DNA of 64,000 bases from Mycobacteriales bacterium (GCA_046593925.1 JBKJQN010000097.1:70273-134272); one strand, 5' to 3'; positions 1-9,177 are shown, counted from the stretch's first letter. Numbers and translations are program-made. The notes: generated by a model not told the origin, from the sequence alone.

Positions 1-199
1 TGTACAGGCGCCACAGCTCGGCGATCGCCGACTCGATCTCCTGGCGCTCTTCGTCCGACATCCCCGCAAAACGGCCACCCCGGCGTGCTGCCTTCGATGC
101 GGTACCCGCGGCCGGCGCCTCCGCCGGCGTCGGGGCAGCCGAGCTCGAGACGGTGGCCAGGCGGCCCGGGCCCTCAGGCTCGGGGGTGCGCACGGTCAT
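1..199 (-). CDS. hypothetical protein, 5' part only (continues past window start)
   Basis: ATG at 199-197 has GAGGA 6 nt upstream. The frame stays open to position 1 and third-position GC is high. The product [17 protein letters not shown]...[20 protein letters not shown] is not recognisable. The ORF overlaps the xerC 3' end by 26 nt. An alternative in-frame ATG lies at 61. Confidence 0.35.
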   Translation of the reverse strand, partial: MTVRTPEPEGPGRLATVSSSAAPTPAEAPAAGTASKAARRGGRFAGMSDEERQEIESAIAELWRLY

Positions 200-1100
200 A
201 GCTCGTCCTCAGCCGCTCGACGCTGACATGCGTGTAGATCTGGGTCGTCGCGAGCGTAGCGTGACCGAGGACTTCCTGAACGCTACGTAGGTCAGCGCCT
301 CCTTCCAAAAGGTGCGTCGCCGCGCTGTGGCGAAGACCATGCGGTCCGAGGTCGGGGGCACCGGGCACGTCGGCAAGCCGCTGGTGGACGACCGCCCGGA
401 CGGTCCGGGGGTCCACCCGCCCGCCGCGGCTGCCGAGCAGCAGCGCAGCACCGCTGGCGGTTCTCGCCCAGACCGGGCGCCCACGTACCAGCCAGGCGTC
501 GACCGCGGCCGCGGCCGGTGCACCGTATGGAACCGACCGCTCCCGACCGCCCTTTCCCAGCACCCGGGCGACCCGACGGGCGGTGTCGACGTCGTCGACA
601 TCGAGGCCGCACAGTTCGCCCACCCGCGCGCCGGTGGCGTACAGCAGCTCCAGCGCAGCGCGGTCGCGCAGGGCCCGCGGGTCCTGACCGTCCACACCAT
701 CGAGAAGCCGGGCGGCCTCGGCAGGCTCCAGGACCGCCGGCAGCGGTCGCTGCCCCTTCGGCGAGGCCAGCAGCAGCCCGGGGTCCGACGCGAGCAGGCC
801 CCGCCGGTACGCCCAGGCGGTGAAGACCCGCGCCGACGATCCACGACGCGCCAACGTCGTACGGGCCGCTCCGGTTGAGCGCTGGCGGGCCAGCCAGCTG
901 CGCAGCACCGCGAGGTCGAGGTCGGCGGGCGTCCGGGCACCGAGGCGGCGGGCGTGCTCGAGTAGTCCCGAGACATCGCCGGTGTACGCACGAACCGTGT
1001 GGGACGACCGCCCCACCTCGAGCGACAGGTGCCGCACGAACCCCGCCAGGGCGTCGGCGAGCGCCGCGGGCAGCGGCTCGGCGGCGTGGGTCGCGATCAT
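174..1100 (-). CDS. xerC: tyrosine recombinase XerC (chromosome dimer resolution)
   Basis: 308 aa. The N-terminal SAM-like domain ([21 protein letters not shown]) and the C-terminal catalytic region ([39 protein letters not shown], the R..HxxR..Y signature) are both present. It sits next to dprA, as in other actinobacteria. Confidence 0.9.
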   Translation of the reverse strand: MIATHAAEPLPAALADALAGFVRHLSLEVGRSSHTVRAYTGDVSGLLEHARRLGARTPADLDLAVLRSWLARQRSTGAARTTLARRGSSARVFTAWAYRRGLLASDPGLLLASPKGQRPLPAVLEPAEAARLLDGVDGQDPRALRDRAALELLYATGARVGELCGLDVDDVDTARRVARVLGKGGRERSVPYGAPAAAAVDAWLVRGRPVWARTASGAALLLGSRGGRVDPRTVRAVVHQRLADVPGAPDLGPHGLRHSAATHLLEGGADLRSVQEVLGHATLATTQIYTHVSVERLRTSYDRAHPRA

Positions 1101-1215
1101 CCACAGGACGCTGCGCCGCTCGGCGTGTCAGGTCAAGCAGGCGCGCCAGAGGTCGACCATCTCCTCGAAGGCACGGAGCGGGCAGGATGGCGGCTCCGAC
1201 CCTGAGGAGCCGATC

Positions 1216-2445
1216 GTGTCGACGCTGTCCAAAGGTGCCAACGCCCCGCTGTCCGCCTCCGCCGTCCTGGTCCAGGTCAGCAGCTCGAGCCACGTCGATG
1301 TGTCTGCGCTGCTGCTGACGGCGCAGGGCCGGGTCCGCAGCGACGCCGACATGGTCTTCTACAACCAGCCCACGGGGCCGGGGGTGGCGCACCGCCCGGG
1401 CAGTGGCGGGGCTCCCGACACGATCGTGCTGACCCTGTCGGCCGTACCCGCCGAGATCGACCGGATCGCGGTCACCGCGAGTCTGGACGGCTCGGGTCCC
1501 ACCACGTTCGGCGCGGTGGGCTCGCTGGTTGCGCGGGTGCTCGATGAAGCGGGGACGGTCCTGGTCGAGTTCCCGGTGCCGGGGCTGAGCACCGAGAAGG
1601 CGCTGCTCTGCGTCGAGGTCTACCGACGGGCCGGCGCGTGGAAGGTCCGTGCGGTCGGGCAGGGCTGGGCCAGTGGGCTCGCAGGCATCGCGACCGACTT
1701 CGGCATCACCGTCGACGACGTGCCAGCAATGGCAGCTCCCCCGACGACGCAGCCATCGACACCGCGGCCCGCGACACCACGGGCCTCGGGCCCACCTGCG
1801 CCCACCGGACCGCCTGCGTCGTTCCCACCGCCCCCCGGAGTCCCGGCGGGGGCACCTGCCGGTCGGGTCAACCTGGACAAGGGGACGGTGTCGATGCGCA
1901 AGCAGCAGACCGTGTCGCTGGTCAAGACCGGTGCGCCGGCGCTGCGGGTCGTCCGGATGGGGCTCGGCTGGGACCCCGTGAAGCGCGGCGCCGACGTCGA
2001 CCTGGACGCCTCCGTAATCGCGTTCGACGTGCGGGGACGCGAGGTCGAGAAGGTCTGGTACGGCAACCTGAGGGGCTTCGGCGACGCGGTCGTGCATTCG
2101 GGCGACAACCTCACCGGGGAGGGCGACGGGGACGACGAGCTGATCACGTTGCATCTGGACCGGCTCCCGAAGGACGTCGAGGGGCTGGTGTTTACCGTCA
2201 ACTCCTTCCGGGGCCAGCGCTTCACCGAGCTGAAGACGGCGTACTGCCGGCTGCTGGACGACCGGGGCGCCGAGCTCGTCCGCTACGACCTCGGGGACGC
2301 GGAGGCCAAGACCGGCGTGCTGATGGCCAAGCTGGTCCGCGAGGGTGACGGCACCTGGTCGATGACGGCGCTCGGGGAGTTCCACGACGGGCGCAACGTC
2401 AAGGCGATGGTCAACCCGGCGAGGGCGACCCTCGGCTGGCGCTGA
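1216..2445 (+). CDS. TerD-family stress protein with two TerD-like domains joined by a Pro-rich linker
   Basis: Start re-set to the in-frame GTG at 1216, which has GAGGAG 6 nt upstream. The upstream part of ORF 820-2445 overlaps xerC in antisense. The C-terminal domain carries the TerD signature VHSGDNLTGEGDGDDELITLHLD and TVNSFRGQRF. The N-terminal domain is TerD-like but lacks the GDN.TG..DDE calcium motif. Confidence 0.85.
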   Translation: MSTLSKGANAPLSASAVLVQVSSSSHVDVSALLLTAQGRVRSDADMVFYNQPTGPGVAHRPGSGGAPDTIVLTLSAVPAEIDRIAVTASLDGSGPTTFGAVGSLVARVLDEAGTVLVEFPVPGLSTEKALLCVEVYRRAGAWKVRAVGQGWASGLAGIATDFGITVDDVPAMAAPPTTQPSTPRPATPRASGPPAPTGPPASFPPPPGVPAGAPAGRVNLDKGTVSMRKQQTVSLVKTGAPALRVVRMGLGWDPVKRGADVDLDASVIAFDVRGREVEKVWYGNLRGFGDAVVHSGDNLTGEGDGDDELITLHLDRLPKDVEGLVFTVNSFRGQRFTELKTAYCRLLDDRGAELVRYDLGDAEAKTGVLMAKLVREGDGTWSMTALGEFHDGRNVKAMVNPARATLGWR

Positions 2446-2461
2446 CCCCGGTCAGGCGACC

Positions 2462-3616
2462 TCAGCGCCCAGGTCGGGGGCCGCTGGCGCCGAGCGCGGT
2501 CAGCCGCCAGCCGGTGTCGCCGCGCTCGACCAGGCCGGCGACGAGCAGCGGGGGGAGGACCTGCTGCACGACCAGCACCGGGACGCCGGACTCGCGGGAC
2601 AGCACAGCCTCGCCGGCCCCGCCGCGGACCGGGAGGGCGTCCAGCACCCGGCGGACGGCCTCGGGCAGGGCGTCACGCGGGTGCTCGGGGCCGCGCTGCA
2701 CAGGTGCGTCGTCGTCGCCGAGGCGGCCAACCAGCGCGAGCACCTCCCGGACGCCGCTGACCAGCTCGGCGGCGCCGCCGCGCAGCAGGGCGTGGCAACC
2801 GGCGGACATCGCCGAGGTCACCGGGCCGGGCACCGCCATGACGTGCCGGGTCAGGTCCGCGGCCCGGCCCGCCGTCGACAGCGAGCCCGAACGCAGCGCC
2901 GCCTCCACCACCACCGTGCCAAGGCTGAGGGCTGCGATCAGGCGGTTGCGTACGAGGAAGCGCAGCCGGGTGGGCGCGGACCCCGGGGCGTGCTCGCTCA
3001 CCAGCAGGCCCTGCTCGGCGATCCGGGCGAGCAGCCGGTCGTTGCCCCTCGGATAGGCGACGTCCACCCCGCACGCCAGCACGGCTACCGTCGGGCCACG
3101 GCCGCTGGTGAGCGCGCCGCGGTGCGCCGCGCCGTCGATGCCGTACGCCCCGCCGCTGACGACTGTCCACCCCCGGTCGGTCAGCCCGATGCCGATCTCG
3201 GTCGCGACGTGCTCGCCGTACGCGGTCGCGGCCCGCGCCCCGACCACGGCCACCGATCGCTCGACCGTCTCTCCGAGGCGACCGGCGCCGCGCACCAGCA
3301 GGGCCAGCGGCGGCGCCGGCAGAGAACTGCCACCGCGCGACCAGCTGAGCCGGTCCCGCGGCCACTCCGGGTCCTCGGGCAGGACGACCCGCCCGCCGAC
3401 GGCGTGCAGCCGTCGCAGGTCCTCGGCCGGGTCGATGCCGGCCGCCCTGGCCTGCGAGCCCTGCGCGACAGCCTCGGTGACGGCCCCGACCCGCCGGCCC
3501 TGGCGAAGCGCAGCGACGACCGCCGGTGCGCCGTGCCCCGCGACCGCGTCGTGCACCGGCCACGAGCCTGGCTCGACCAGCCTGGCCAGGTGCAGCCGGG
3601 CGAGCTGCTCACTCAC
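2462..3616 (-). CDS. dprA: DNA processing protein DprA
   Basis: The DprA Rossmann core VVGARAATAYGEHVATEIG..GWTVVSGGAYGIDGAAHRGAL...VLACGVDVAYPRGN...LVSE.APG..P....F..RNR is present. Start set to the GTG at 3616, which overlaps the comM stop (GTGA). Confidence 0.85.
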   Translation of the reverse strand: MSEQLARLHLARLVEPGSWPVHDAVAGHGAPAVVAALRQGRRVGAVTEAVAQGSQARAAGIDPAEDLRRLHAVGGRVVLPEDPEWPRDRLSWSRGGSSLPAPPLALLVRGAGRLGETVERSVAVVGARAATAYGEHVATEIGIGLTDRGWTVVSGGAYGIDGAAHRGALTSGRGPTVAVLACGVDVAYPRGNDRLLARIAEQGLLVSEHAPGSAPTRLRFLVRNRLIAALSLGTVVVEAALRSGSLSTAGRAADLTRHVMAVPGPVTSAMSAGCHALLRGGAAELVSGVREVLALVGRLGDDDAPVQRGPEHPRDALPEAVRRVLDALPVRGGAGEAVLSRESGVPVLVVQQVLPPLLVAGLVERGDTGWRLTALGASGPRPGR

Positions 3617-5151
3617 GCCGCCACCGCTGCCCGCCGGTGGCCGAGCCGAAAGGTCAGGGCGTGGTTGACCTCGGACACGGTCGGCGCCGGCAGGCCCTGC
3701 AGGTCGCTGAGCGTCCAGGCCAGCCGGGTGACCCGGCCGTATCCGCGAGCCGTCAGCAGGCCGGCGTCCAGCGCGTCCTCCGCCTTGGTCGTCGCCGAGC
3801 GGGGCAGCGGCCAGCGGCGCAGCAGCTCCACGCCCGGGACCTCGGCGTTCGTGCGCCACGGCGTGCCTGCGTACCGCGCCGCCGCGTGCTGCCGGGCCAG
3901 CGCCACCCGCTCCGCGACCCGGGCACTCAGCTCACCCACACCGTTCTCCGCGAGCAGCTCCGCGCGGGTGATCCGCGGCACGATGACGTGCATGTCGACC
4001 CGGTCGAGCAGCGGTCCGGACAGCCGGGCCAGGTAACGACGGCGGCTGTCCGGGGTACAGGTGCAGTCGCTGTCGGACTTCGCGCAGGGGCAGGGGTTGG
4101 CGGCGAGCGCGAGGGTGAACCGTGCCGGGTACACCGCCGTGCCTCCCACCCGGCGGATCGTCAGCCGCCCGGACTCCAGCGGCTGGCGTAGCGCGTCCAG
4201 CACCCGGGTGGAGAACTCGGGGGCCTCGTCCAAGAAGAGCACCCCCTGATGGGCGAGCGACGCGGCGCCGGGGCGGGCGATGCCGCTCCCGCCACCGATC
4301 ACCGAGCTGACCGTCGCGGTGTGGTGCGGGTCCTGGAACGGTGCTCTGGTCACCAGCGGCTGCCCGGCCGGCAGGGTCCCGGCGACCGAGTGGATGGCGG
4401 TCACCTCGAGCGCCGCCGCGCGGGTCAGCGGCGGGAGCACGCCTGGGAGCCGTTCGGCAAGCATCGTCTTGCCCGACCCCGGCGGCCCGAGCAGCAGCAG
4501 GTGGTGACCACCGGCAGCCGCCACCTCGACGGCCGTCCGACCGGAAACCTGCCCGGCGACGTCGGCAAGGTCGAGCGAGGACGGCTCCTCGGGGGCATTC
4601 GTCGGACCGGCCGGCTCCTCGTCGGGCTGCTCCCCCCTCAGCAGCGCGACCAGCCCGCGGAGCGTGCGTACGCCGGTCGCCTGTACGTCCGGCACCAGGC
4701 TGGCCTCCGCCAGGTTGTCGGCCGGGACGACCACCCGCTCGAAGCCGGCACCGACGGCCGTCAGCACCGCCGGCAGGACGCCCCGGACGGGTCGCACCCG
4801 GCCGTCGAGCCCCAGCTCGCCCAGCAGGACGAGCCCGGCAAGCGCCGCCAGCGGCACCGTGCCGGCCGCGGCCAGGACCGCCACGGCCAAGGCGACATCG
4901 AAGCCTGACCCTTTCTTGGGCAGCCAGGCCGGGCTCAGCGCCAGCGTGATCCGGCGGGACGGCCACGCCTCACCGGAGTTGACGACGGCCGCGCGCACCC
5001 GGTCCCGCGCCTCGGCCAACGAGGCATCGGGCAGCCCGGTGACCGTCAGGCCAGGCAGCCCCAGCGCAAGGTCGGCCTCGACCTCGACCACATGTCCCTC
5101 GACGCCGACCAGCGCCACCGCGTACGTCCGTGCCACCGTCACGACCACCAC
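3613..5151 (-). CDS. comM: YifB/ComM family Mg-chelatase-like AAA+ ATPase
   Basis: 512 aa. It has an N-terminal Lon-like domain, Walker A LLLLGPPGSGKTMLA, GVLFLDEAPEF, and the zinc-ribbon-like CPCAKSDSDCTC segment typical of the family. Start codon is GTG. Confidence 0.9.
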   Translation of the reverse strand: MVVVTVARTYAVALVGVEGHVVEVEADLALGLPGLTVTGLPDASLAEARDRVRAAVVNSGEAWPSRRITLALSPAWLPKKGSGFDVALAVAVLAAAGTVPLAALAGLVLLGELGLDGRVRPVRGVLPAVLTAVGAGFERVVVPADNLAEASLVPDVQATGVRTLRGLVALLRGEQPDEEPAGPTNAPEEPSSLDLADVAGQVSGRTAVEVAAAGGHHLLLLGPPGSGKTMLAERLPGVLPPLTRAAALEVTAIHSVAGTLPAGQPLVTRAPFQDPHHTATVSSVIGGGSGIARPGAASLAHQGVLFLDEAPEFSTRVLDALRQPLESGRLTIRRVGGTAVYPARFTLALAANPCPCAKSDSDCTCTPDSRRRYLARLSGPLLDRVDMHVIVPRITRAELLAENGVGELSARVAERVALARQHAAARYAGTPWRTNAEVPGVELLRRWPLPRSATTKAEDALDAGLLTARGYGRVTRLAWTLSDLQGLPAPTVSEVNHALTFRLGHRRAAVAA

Positions 5152-5267
5152 CTCCCGCCGGCGACTCTGCGCCGGCCGGACGTTGCCGGGTCACCACTGC
5201 CGGCCACCCGGTGGATACAGCAGCGGCGTGTGGACAGCGGCTTGACGGCCCCACCGGCGCCGCCCGT

Positions 5268-5283
5268 CCCCCCCCACCCCCCC
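5268..5283. repeat. C8-A-C7 homopolymer tract (G7-T-G8 on the minus strand) in a divergent promoter region
   Basis: CCCCCCCCACCCCCCC read directly at 5268-5283. It lies between the comM start (5151) and the dehydrogenase start (5350). Confidence 0.9.
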
Positions 5284-5349
5284 GGCCACGTCCGTACCTG
5301 GCGGCAGGATGTCCGGCAGGACGCCTGACGGCGGTCACCGAGGAGGTCA

Positions 5350-6273
5350 GTGTCCATCCCGAGGTTCGCCCTGGCGCCCGAGACCGCGGCATGGGCGGTT
5401 CGCGCGGTCGAGGACGGCGGCGGTCGGGTCGTCGCTCTCGACGCGAACCCCGACGCCCTGGTCTGGACCAGCCCGGGCGGCTGGTCCGGGCTCGTGGGGG
5501 CTCTGCAGCGGGCTCCCGGTGCCCAGTGGGTGCAGCTGCCGTTCGCGGGGGTCGAGGGCGTCCGGACGACGGGGGTGCTGACGTCCGCGCGGATCTGGAC
5601 GTGCGCGAAAGGCGTGTACGCGGAGCCGGTGGCCGAGCACGCCCTCGCCCTCACGCTCGCCGGGCTGCGCAGGCTGCCCGAGCGCGCGCGGGCCACCAGG
5701 TGGGGGGCGCAAGCAGCCCTGACGCTCTATGACGCCCCCGTGGTCGTCCTTGGCGCCGGTGGCATCACCGAGGCGCTCATCGCGCTGCTCGCGCCGTTCC
5801 GGGCCCGGGTCACCGTGGTCCGCCACGACGGCACCAATTCGGTGCCGCAGGCGCACCGGACGGTCGGCCTGGCGGACCTCGACGCCGTGCTGCCCGGCGC
5901 CCGCGTCGTGGTGCTGGCGCTGGCCCTCACCGAGCAGACCGACCATGTCCTCGACGCCCGTCGGCTGCGGCTGCCGGGCCCGGACGCCGTGCTGGTCAAC
6001 GTCGCGCGCGGCAGGCACGTCGACACCCAGGCCCTGGTCGAGGCGCTGCGCGAGGGCTCCCTGGGGGTCGCGGCGCTGGACGTCACCGACCCCGAGCCGC
6101 TGCCGGAGGGGCACCCGCTGTGGACGCTGCCCGGTGCGCTCGTGACGCCGCACACCGCCAACCCCTGGGAGACGGCGCAGCCGCTACTCGCAGCCAGGCT
6201 CGCTGATAACGTCCGCCGGTGGGCGGCCGGTCAGCCGCTGCTCGGCCTCGTCGACGTCGACGCGGGGTACTGA
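5350..6273 (+). CDS. D-isomer-specific 2-hydroxyacid dehydrogenase family protein
   Basis: GTG start with GAGGAGG upstream. The NAD-binding motif VVVLGAGGITEAL and the catalytic region LVNVARGRHVD...ALDVTDPEPLP..HPLW.....VTPHTAN are present. Confidence 0.85.
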   Translation: MSIPRFALAPETAAWAVRAVEDGGGRVVALDANPDALVWTSPGGWSGLVGALQRAPGAQWVQLPFAGVEGVRTTGVLTSARIWTCAKGVYAEPVAEHALALTLAGLRRLPERARATRWGAQAALTLYDAPVVVLGAGGITEALIALLAPFRARVTVVRHDGTNSVPQAHRTVGLADLDAVLPGARVVVLALALTEQTDHVLDARRLRLPGPDAVLVNVARGRHVDTQALVEALREGSLGVAALDVTDPEPLPEGHPLWTLPGALVTPHTANPWETAQPLLAARLADNVRRWAAGQPLLGLVDVDAGY

Positions 6274-6334
6274 TGGCGGGTGCCGGCCAACAGGGCGGTC
6301 AGCACCGACCGGCCGATGGCACGAGGAGGACCCC

Positions 6335-7198
6335 ATGTGGTGGTCGACCCTGACGGGGAAGCTGGAGCAGGCGGCGGCGCTGGATCCTGCGGCGGGGGTC
6401 GCGGAAAGGGCGGTCGGTGCGGTCCTGCCGGCTGGCCCGGTCAAGGACGTGCTGCACGGCACCTGGCTGGGGCACCCGGTGCACCCGCTGCTGGTGGCGC
6501 TTCCGATCGGCTTGTGGTCCGGGGCGAGCCTGCTCGACCTGACCGGGGGGGACCGGACCGCGGCCCGGCGGCTCGTCGGTGCCGGCGTGCTGGCCGTCCT
6601 GCCCACTGCAGCCACCGGCCTCGCGGACTGGTCCGAGGTCGGCGCCTTCCAACGCCCCAAGCGCGTCGGGCTCGTGCATGCGGCCGCGAACACCGTCACT
6701 GCGGCGCTGTACGCCGCGAGCTGGCTGGCCCGGCGCCGCGGCGACCAGGCCCGCGGACGCGACCTGGCGCTGGTCGGAGTCGCCGGGCTGGCAGTGGGCG
6801 GCTATCTGGGCGGGCACCTCGCGTACAGCGAAGGGGTCGGGGTCAACCGCAACGCCGACTCGGCGCCGTCGCCGAAGGCGTGGACCGATGCCGGGGCGGC
6901 CGGCGACGTCAGCGAAGGTTCGCTGCACCGCGTCGACGTGGACGGCAAGGCGCTCGTACTCGCCCGCAGGAAGGGTGTGGTGTTCGCCATGGAGGCCACC
7001 TGCAGCCACTACGGCGCCCCGCTCGACGAGGGCGAGGTGTCGGGCGACGGCGACGACGCCTGTGTCGTCTGCCCGTGGCACGGGAGCCGTTTCCGGCTGC
7101 GTGACGGCTCGGTGGCGCGCGGCCCGGCGACCAGCCCGCAGCGCTCCTTCGACGTACGCGAGCAGGACGGTCGCCTACAGGTGCAGGTGCGGGCGTAG
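6335..7198 (+). CDS. membrane DUF2231-like domain fused to a C-terminal Rieske [2Fe-2S] domain
   Basis: AGGAGG lies upstream of the ATG. The N-terminal part has three or four hydrophobic helices with HG.WLGHP.HP. The C-terminal part has the Rieske ligand boxes CSHYGAPL and CPWHGSRF. Confidence 0.8.
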   Translation: MWWSTLTGKLEQAAALDPAAGVAERAVGAVLPAGPVKDVLHGTWLGHPVHPLLVALPIGLWSGASLLDLTGGDRTAARRLVGAGVLAVLPTAATGLADWSEVGAFQRPKRVGLVHAAANTVTAALYAASWLARRRGDQARGRDLALVGVAGLAVGGYLGGHLAYSEGVGVNRNADSAPSPKAWTDAGAAGDVSEGSLHRVDVDGKALVLARRKGVVFAMEATCSHYGAPLDEGEVSGDGDDACVVCPWHGSRFRLRDGSVARGPATSPQRSFDVREQDGRLQVQVRA

Positions 7199-7206
7199 CG
7201 GTCTGC

Positions 7207-7572
7207 TCAGAACGCGCCCCTCAGATGCACCACCCGCGGTGCGGTACCCCGCTCTCGCAGCACGCCGATGACGTCGAAGCGCAGGTCGTGGTTGCCAGCT
7301 GGGCGGTGCCCCTCGAGCCAGCGGCAGGCGACTGCCCTGATGCGCCTGGCCTTGACCGGTCCGACGGCTTCGGCCGGCTCGCCGAACGCTGTGCTGCTTC
7401 TCGTCTTCACCTCGCAGAAGATCAGGGTGCCATCCGGATCGAGAACCACCAGGTCGATCTCCCCTTCCCGGCACCGCCAGTTCCTGGCCAGGACCTGCGC
7501 CCCGGTAGCCGTCAGGTGCTGCGCAGCCAGGTCCTCTCCCCAGCGCCCCAGGTCCACTCTGCCGTCCGTCAT
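7207..7572 (-). CDS. yraN: YraN family (UPF0102) endonuclease-like protein
   Basis: GEDLAAQHL...G..VLARNWRCREGEIDLVV.....L.FCEVKTR matches the family core. Start set to the ATG at 7572, which has GGAGG 9 nt upstream. Confidence 0.8.
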   Translation of the reverse strand: MTDGRVDLGRWGEDLAAQHLTATGAQVLARNWRCREGEIDLVVLDPDGTLIFCEVKTRSSTAFGEPAEAVGPVKARRIRAVACRWLEGHRPAGNHDLRFDVIGVLRERGTAPRVVHLRGAF

Positions 7573-7671
7573 ATCCACCACCTCCGAGGGGAGGGTGCAC
7601 ACAGCCGATCACCGGGCGGTCAGCCGTGCTGGCGGTCTGTGGACGACGGGTGCGGGTGTGGACGACGCCGG

Positions 7672-8109
7672 TCAGGCGTCAGGCGGCAGTGCGGCCGTCG
7701 CTCCATGGATCGAGGATTCCTGCGAGGTGCCGGGCGCCGGTGCCTCGTGCGGCACGGGTACGCCTTGCGCATCGCCCGGCTGTGCGGGCGTGGGGTCGGC
7801 GTCGGGCGAGGCGACGCGCGGCTGGGTCGCCGGGTGGCTGGGGCTCTGCGGGTCGGCTCCGGCGACGTTCATCTCCGCCAGGCTCGGCGGCTCGAGCGGC
7901 GCCGCCGGATCGGGATCGCCGGGCGGCGCGGGCATCGGCTCGGCCTTGGCCTGGTTGGTGTCCGGCGAGCCCTGACCGCCCTGCCTCGTACGGTCCGCAA
8001 GGGTCACCGGGCCGCGCCCGCCGACGTCCTCCGGAGAGCTCACACTGCGCGCGTCGTCACCGGCAGGCTCACCATCGGCGGATCCTTCGGGCAGGCCATC
8101 GATCCTCAT
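7672..8109 (-). CDS. hypothetical acidic Pro/Ala-rich low-complexity protein
   Basis: 145-aa ORF on the same strand as its neighbours, 42 nt after DUF2469. A GGTAGG-like ribosome-binding site is present and third-position GC is fairly high. No recognisable domain. Confidence 0.45.
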   Translation of the reverse strand: MRIDGLPEGSADGEPAGDDARSVSSPEDVGGRGPVTLADRTRQGGQGSPDTNQAKAEPMPAPPGDPDPAAPLEPPSLAEMNVAGADPQSPSHPATQPRVASPDADPTPAQPGDAQGVPVPHEAPAPGTSQESSIHGATAALPPDA

Positions 8110-8151
8110 GCCGCCGACCTACCCACCGGGCCGGCCGGCACGCCAGACGGC

Positions 8152-8460
8152 TCAGCCGCTCGGGAGCTCCAAGTCGGGCTTCTCGAGCTTCTCGACGTTG
8201 ACGTCCTTGAAGGTGAGCACCCGTACCGACTTGACGAAACGCGCCGGCCGGTACATGTCCCAGACCCAGGCGTCGCCCAGCGTCAGCTCGAACCACACCT
8301 CGCCGTCCGCGGTCCGGGGCTGCACGTCGACGGTGTTGGCCAGGTAGAAGCGGCGCTCGGTCTCGACCACGTAGTCGAACTGACGGACGATGTCGCGGTA
8401 CTCCCGGTAGAGCTGCAGCTCCATCTCGGTCTCGTACTTCTCCAGGTCCTCGGCGCTCAC
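8152..8460 (-). CDS. DUF2469 family protein
   Basis: SAEDLEKYETEMELQLYREYRDIV..F.YVVETERRFYLAN is the conserved actinobacterial DUF2469 sequence. Start set to the GTG at 8460, which overlaps the rnhB stop (GTGA). Confidence 0.8.
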   Translation of the reverse strand: MSAEDLEKYETEMELQLYREYRDIVRQFDYVVETERRFYLANTVDVQPRTADGEVWFELTLGDAWVWDMYRPARFVKSVRVLTFKDVNVEKLEKPDLELPSG

Positions 8461-9158
8461 GCGGTCGCGCCCAACGCCGACGCCTGCTCCGGCAGCTCCA
8501 TGCAATCAGTCTGCCTGACCGCGGCGCGGACGTTGACGTAGGAGAAGCGATGCTCGGGGCACGGGCCGTGCTCGCCCATTGCCGCGGTGTGCTCGGAGGT
8601 GGAGTACCCCTTGTGCACCTCGAAGCCGTAGGCCGGGAAGCGGCGGGCCAGCTCACACATCATCCGGTCCCTGGTGACCTTGGCCACGACGGACGCCGCG
8701 GCGACGCAGGCGGCGACCCGGTCGCCCTTCCAGATGGCGAGCGCCGGCGCCGGCATGCCGGGCACGGGAAAGCCATCGGTGAGCACGTACGACGGGCAGG
8801 GGTCCAGGCGCACGACGGCCTGGCGCATCGCCCGGACGTTCATGACGTGGAGTCCGAAGCGGTCGACCTCGCCCGGCGGCACGACGACAACCGACACGGC
8901 AAGCGCCCGCACGGCCACCTCGTCAAACGCCCGCTCGCGGGCGCGTTCAGTCAGCAGCTTGGAGTCCGCGAGGCCCGGCACCTCACCACGGCGCCCGTGC
9001 GGCAGCACGACGGCGGCGACGACCAGCGGCCCTGCGCAGGCCCCGCGGCCGGCCTCGTCGGTGCCCGCCACGTGCACGAACCCGCTGCGCTGCAGGACCC
9101 GTTCGAAGGCCCACAGCCCGTTCTCCCCCCGCACCACCGGGCGTGGCGCGCGGATCAC
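8457..9158 (-). CDS. rnhB: ribonuclease HII
   Basis: AGTDEAGRGACAGPLVVAAVVL, LADSKLL, TDGF and VAAASVVAKVTRD are RNase HII motifs. Start set to the GTG at 9158, downstream of the NUDIX stop. The exact start is uncertain. Confidence 0.85.
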   Translation of the reverse strand: MIRAPRPVVRGENGLWAFERVLQRSGFVHVAGTDEAGRGACAGPLVVAAVVLPHGRRGEVPGLADSKLLTERARERAFDEVAVRALAVSVVVVPPGEVDRFGLHVMNVRAMRQAVVRLDPCPSYVLTDGFPVPGMPAPALAIWKGDRVAACVAAASVVAKVTRDRMMCELARRFPAYGFEVHKGYSTSEHTAAMGEHGPCPEHRFSYVNVRAAVRQTDCMELPEQASALGATA

Positions 9159-9177
9159 CGAGGGCCTCGTGTCGGGG

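Noticed and set aside
174-1100. The tyrosine recombinase as the integrase of a mobile element
   Set aside because: It is full-length XerC-like and sits in the conserved dprA-xerC core context. No att-like repeats, tRNA or cargo genes are nearby.
292-2385. 697-aa minus-strand ORF spanning xerC and the TerD gene
   Set aside because: The product is extremely Arg/Gly/Pro-rich and has no domain. The ORF is out of frame with xerC and antisense to a clear TerD homologue. This is a typical shadow ORF of GC-rich DNA.
7640-7668. Direct repeat gtggacgacg x2 between the orphan ORF and yraN
   Set aside because: It is only 10 bp, GC-rich and separated by 9 nt, which is within chance expectation for this composition.
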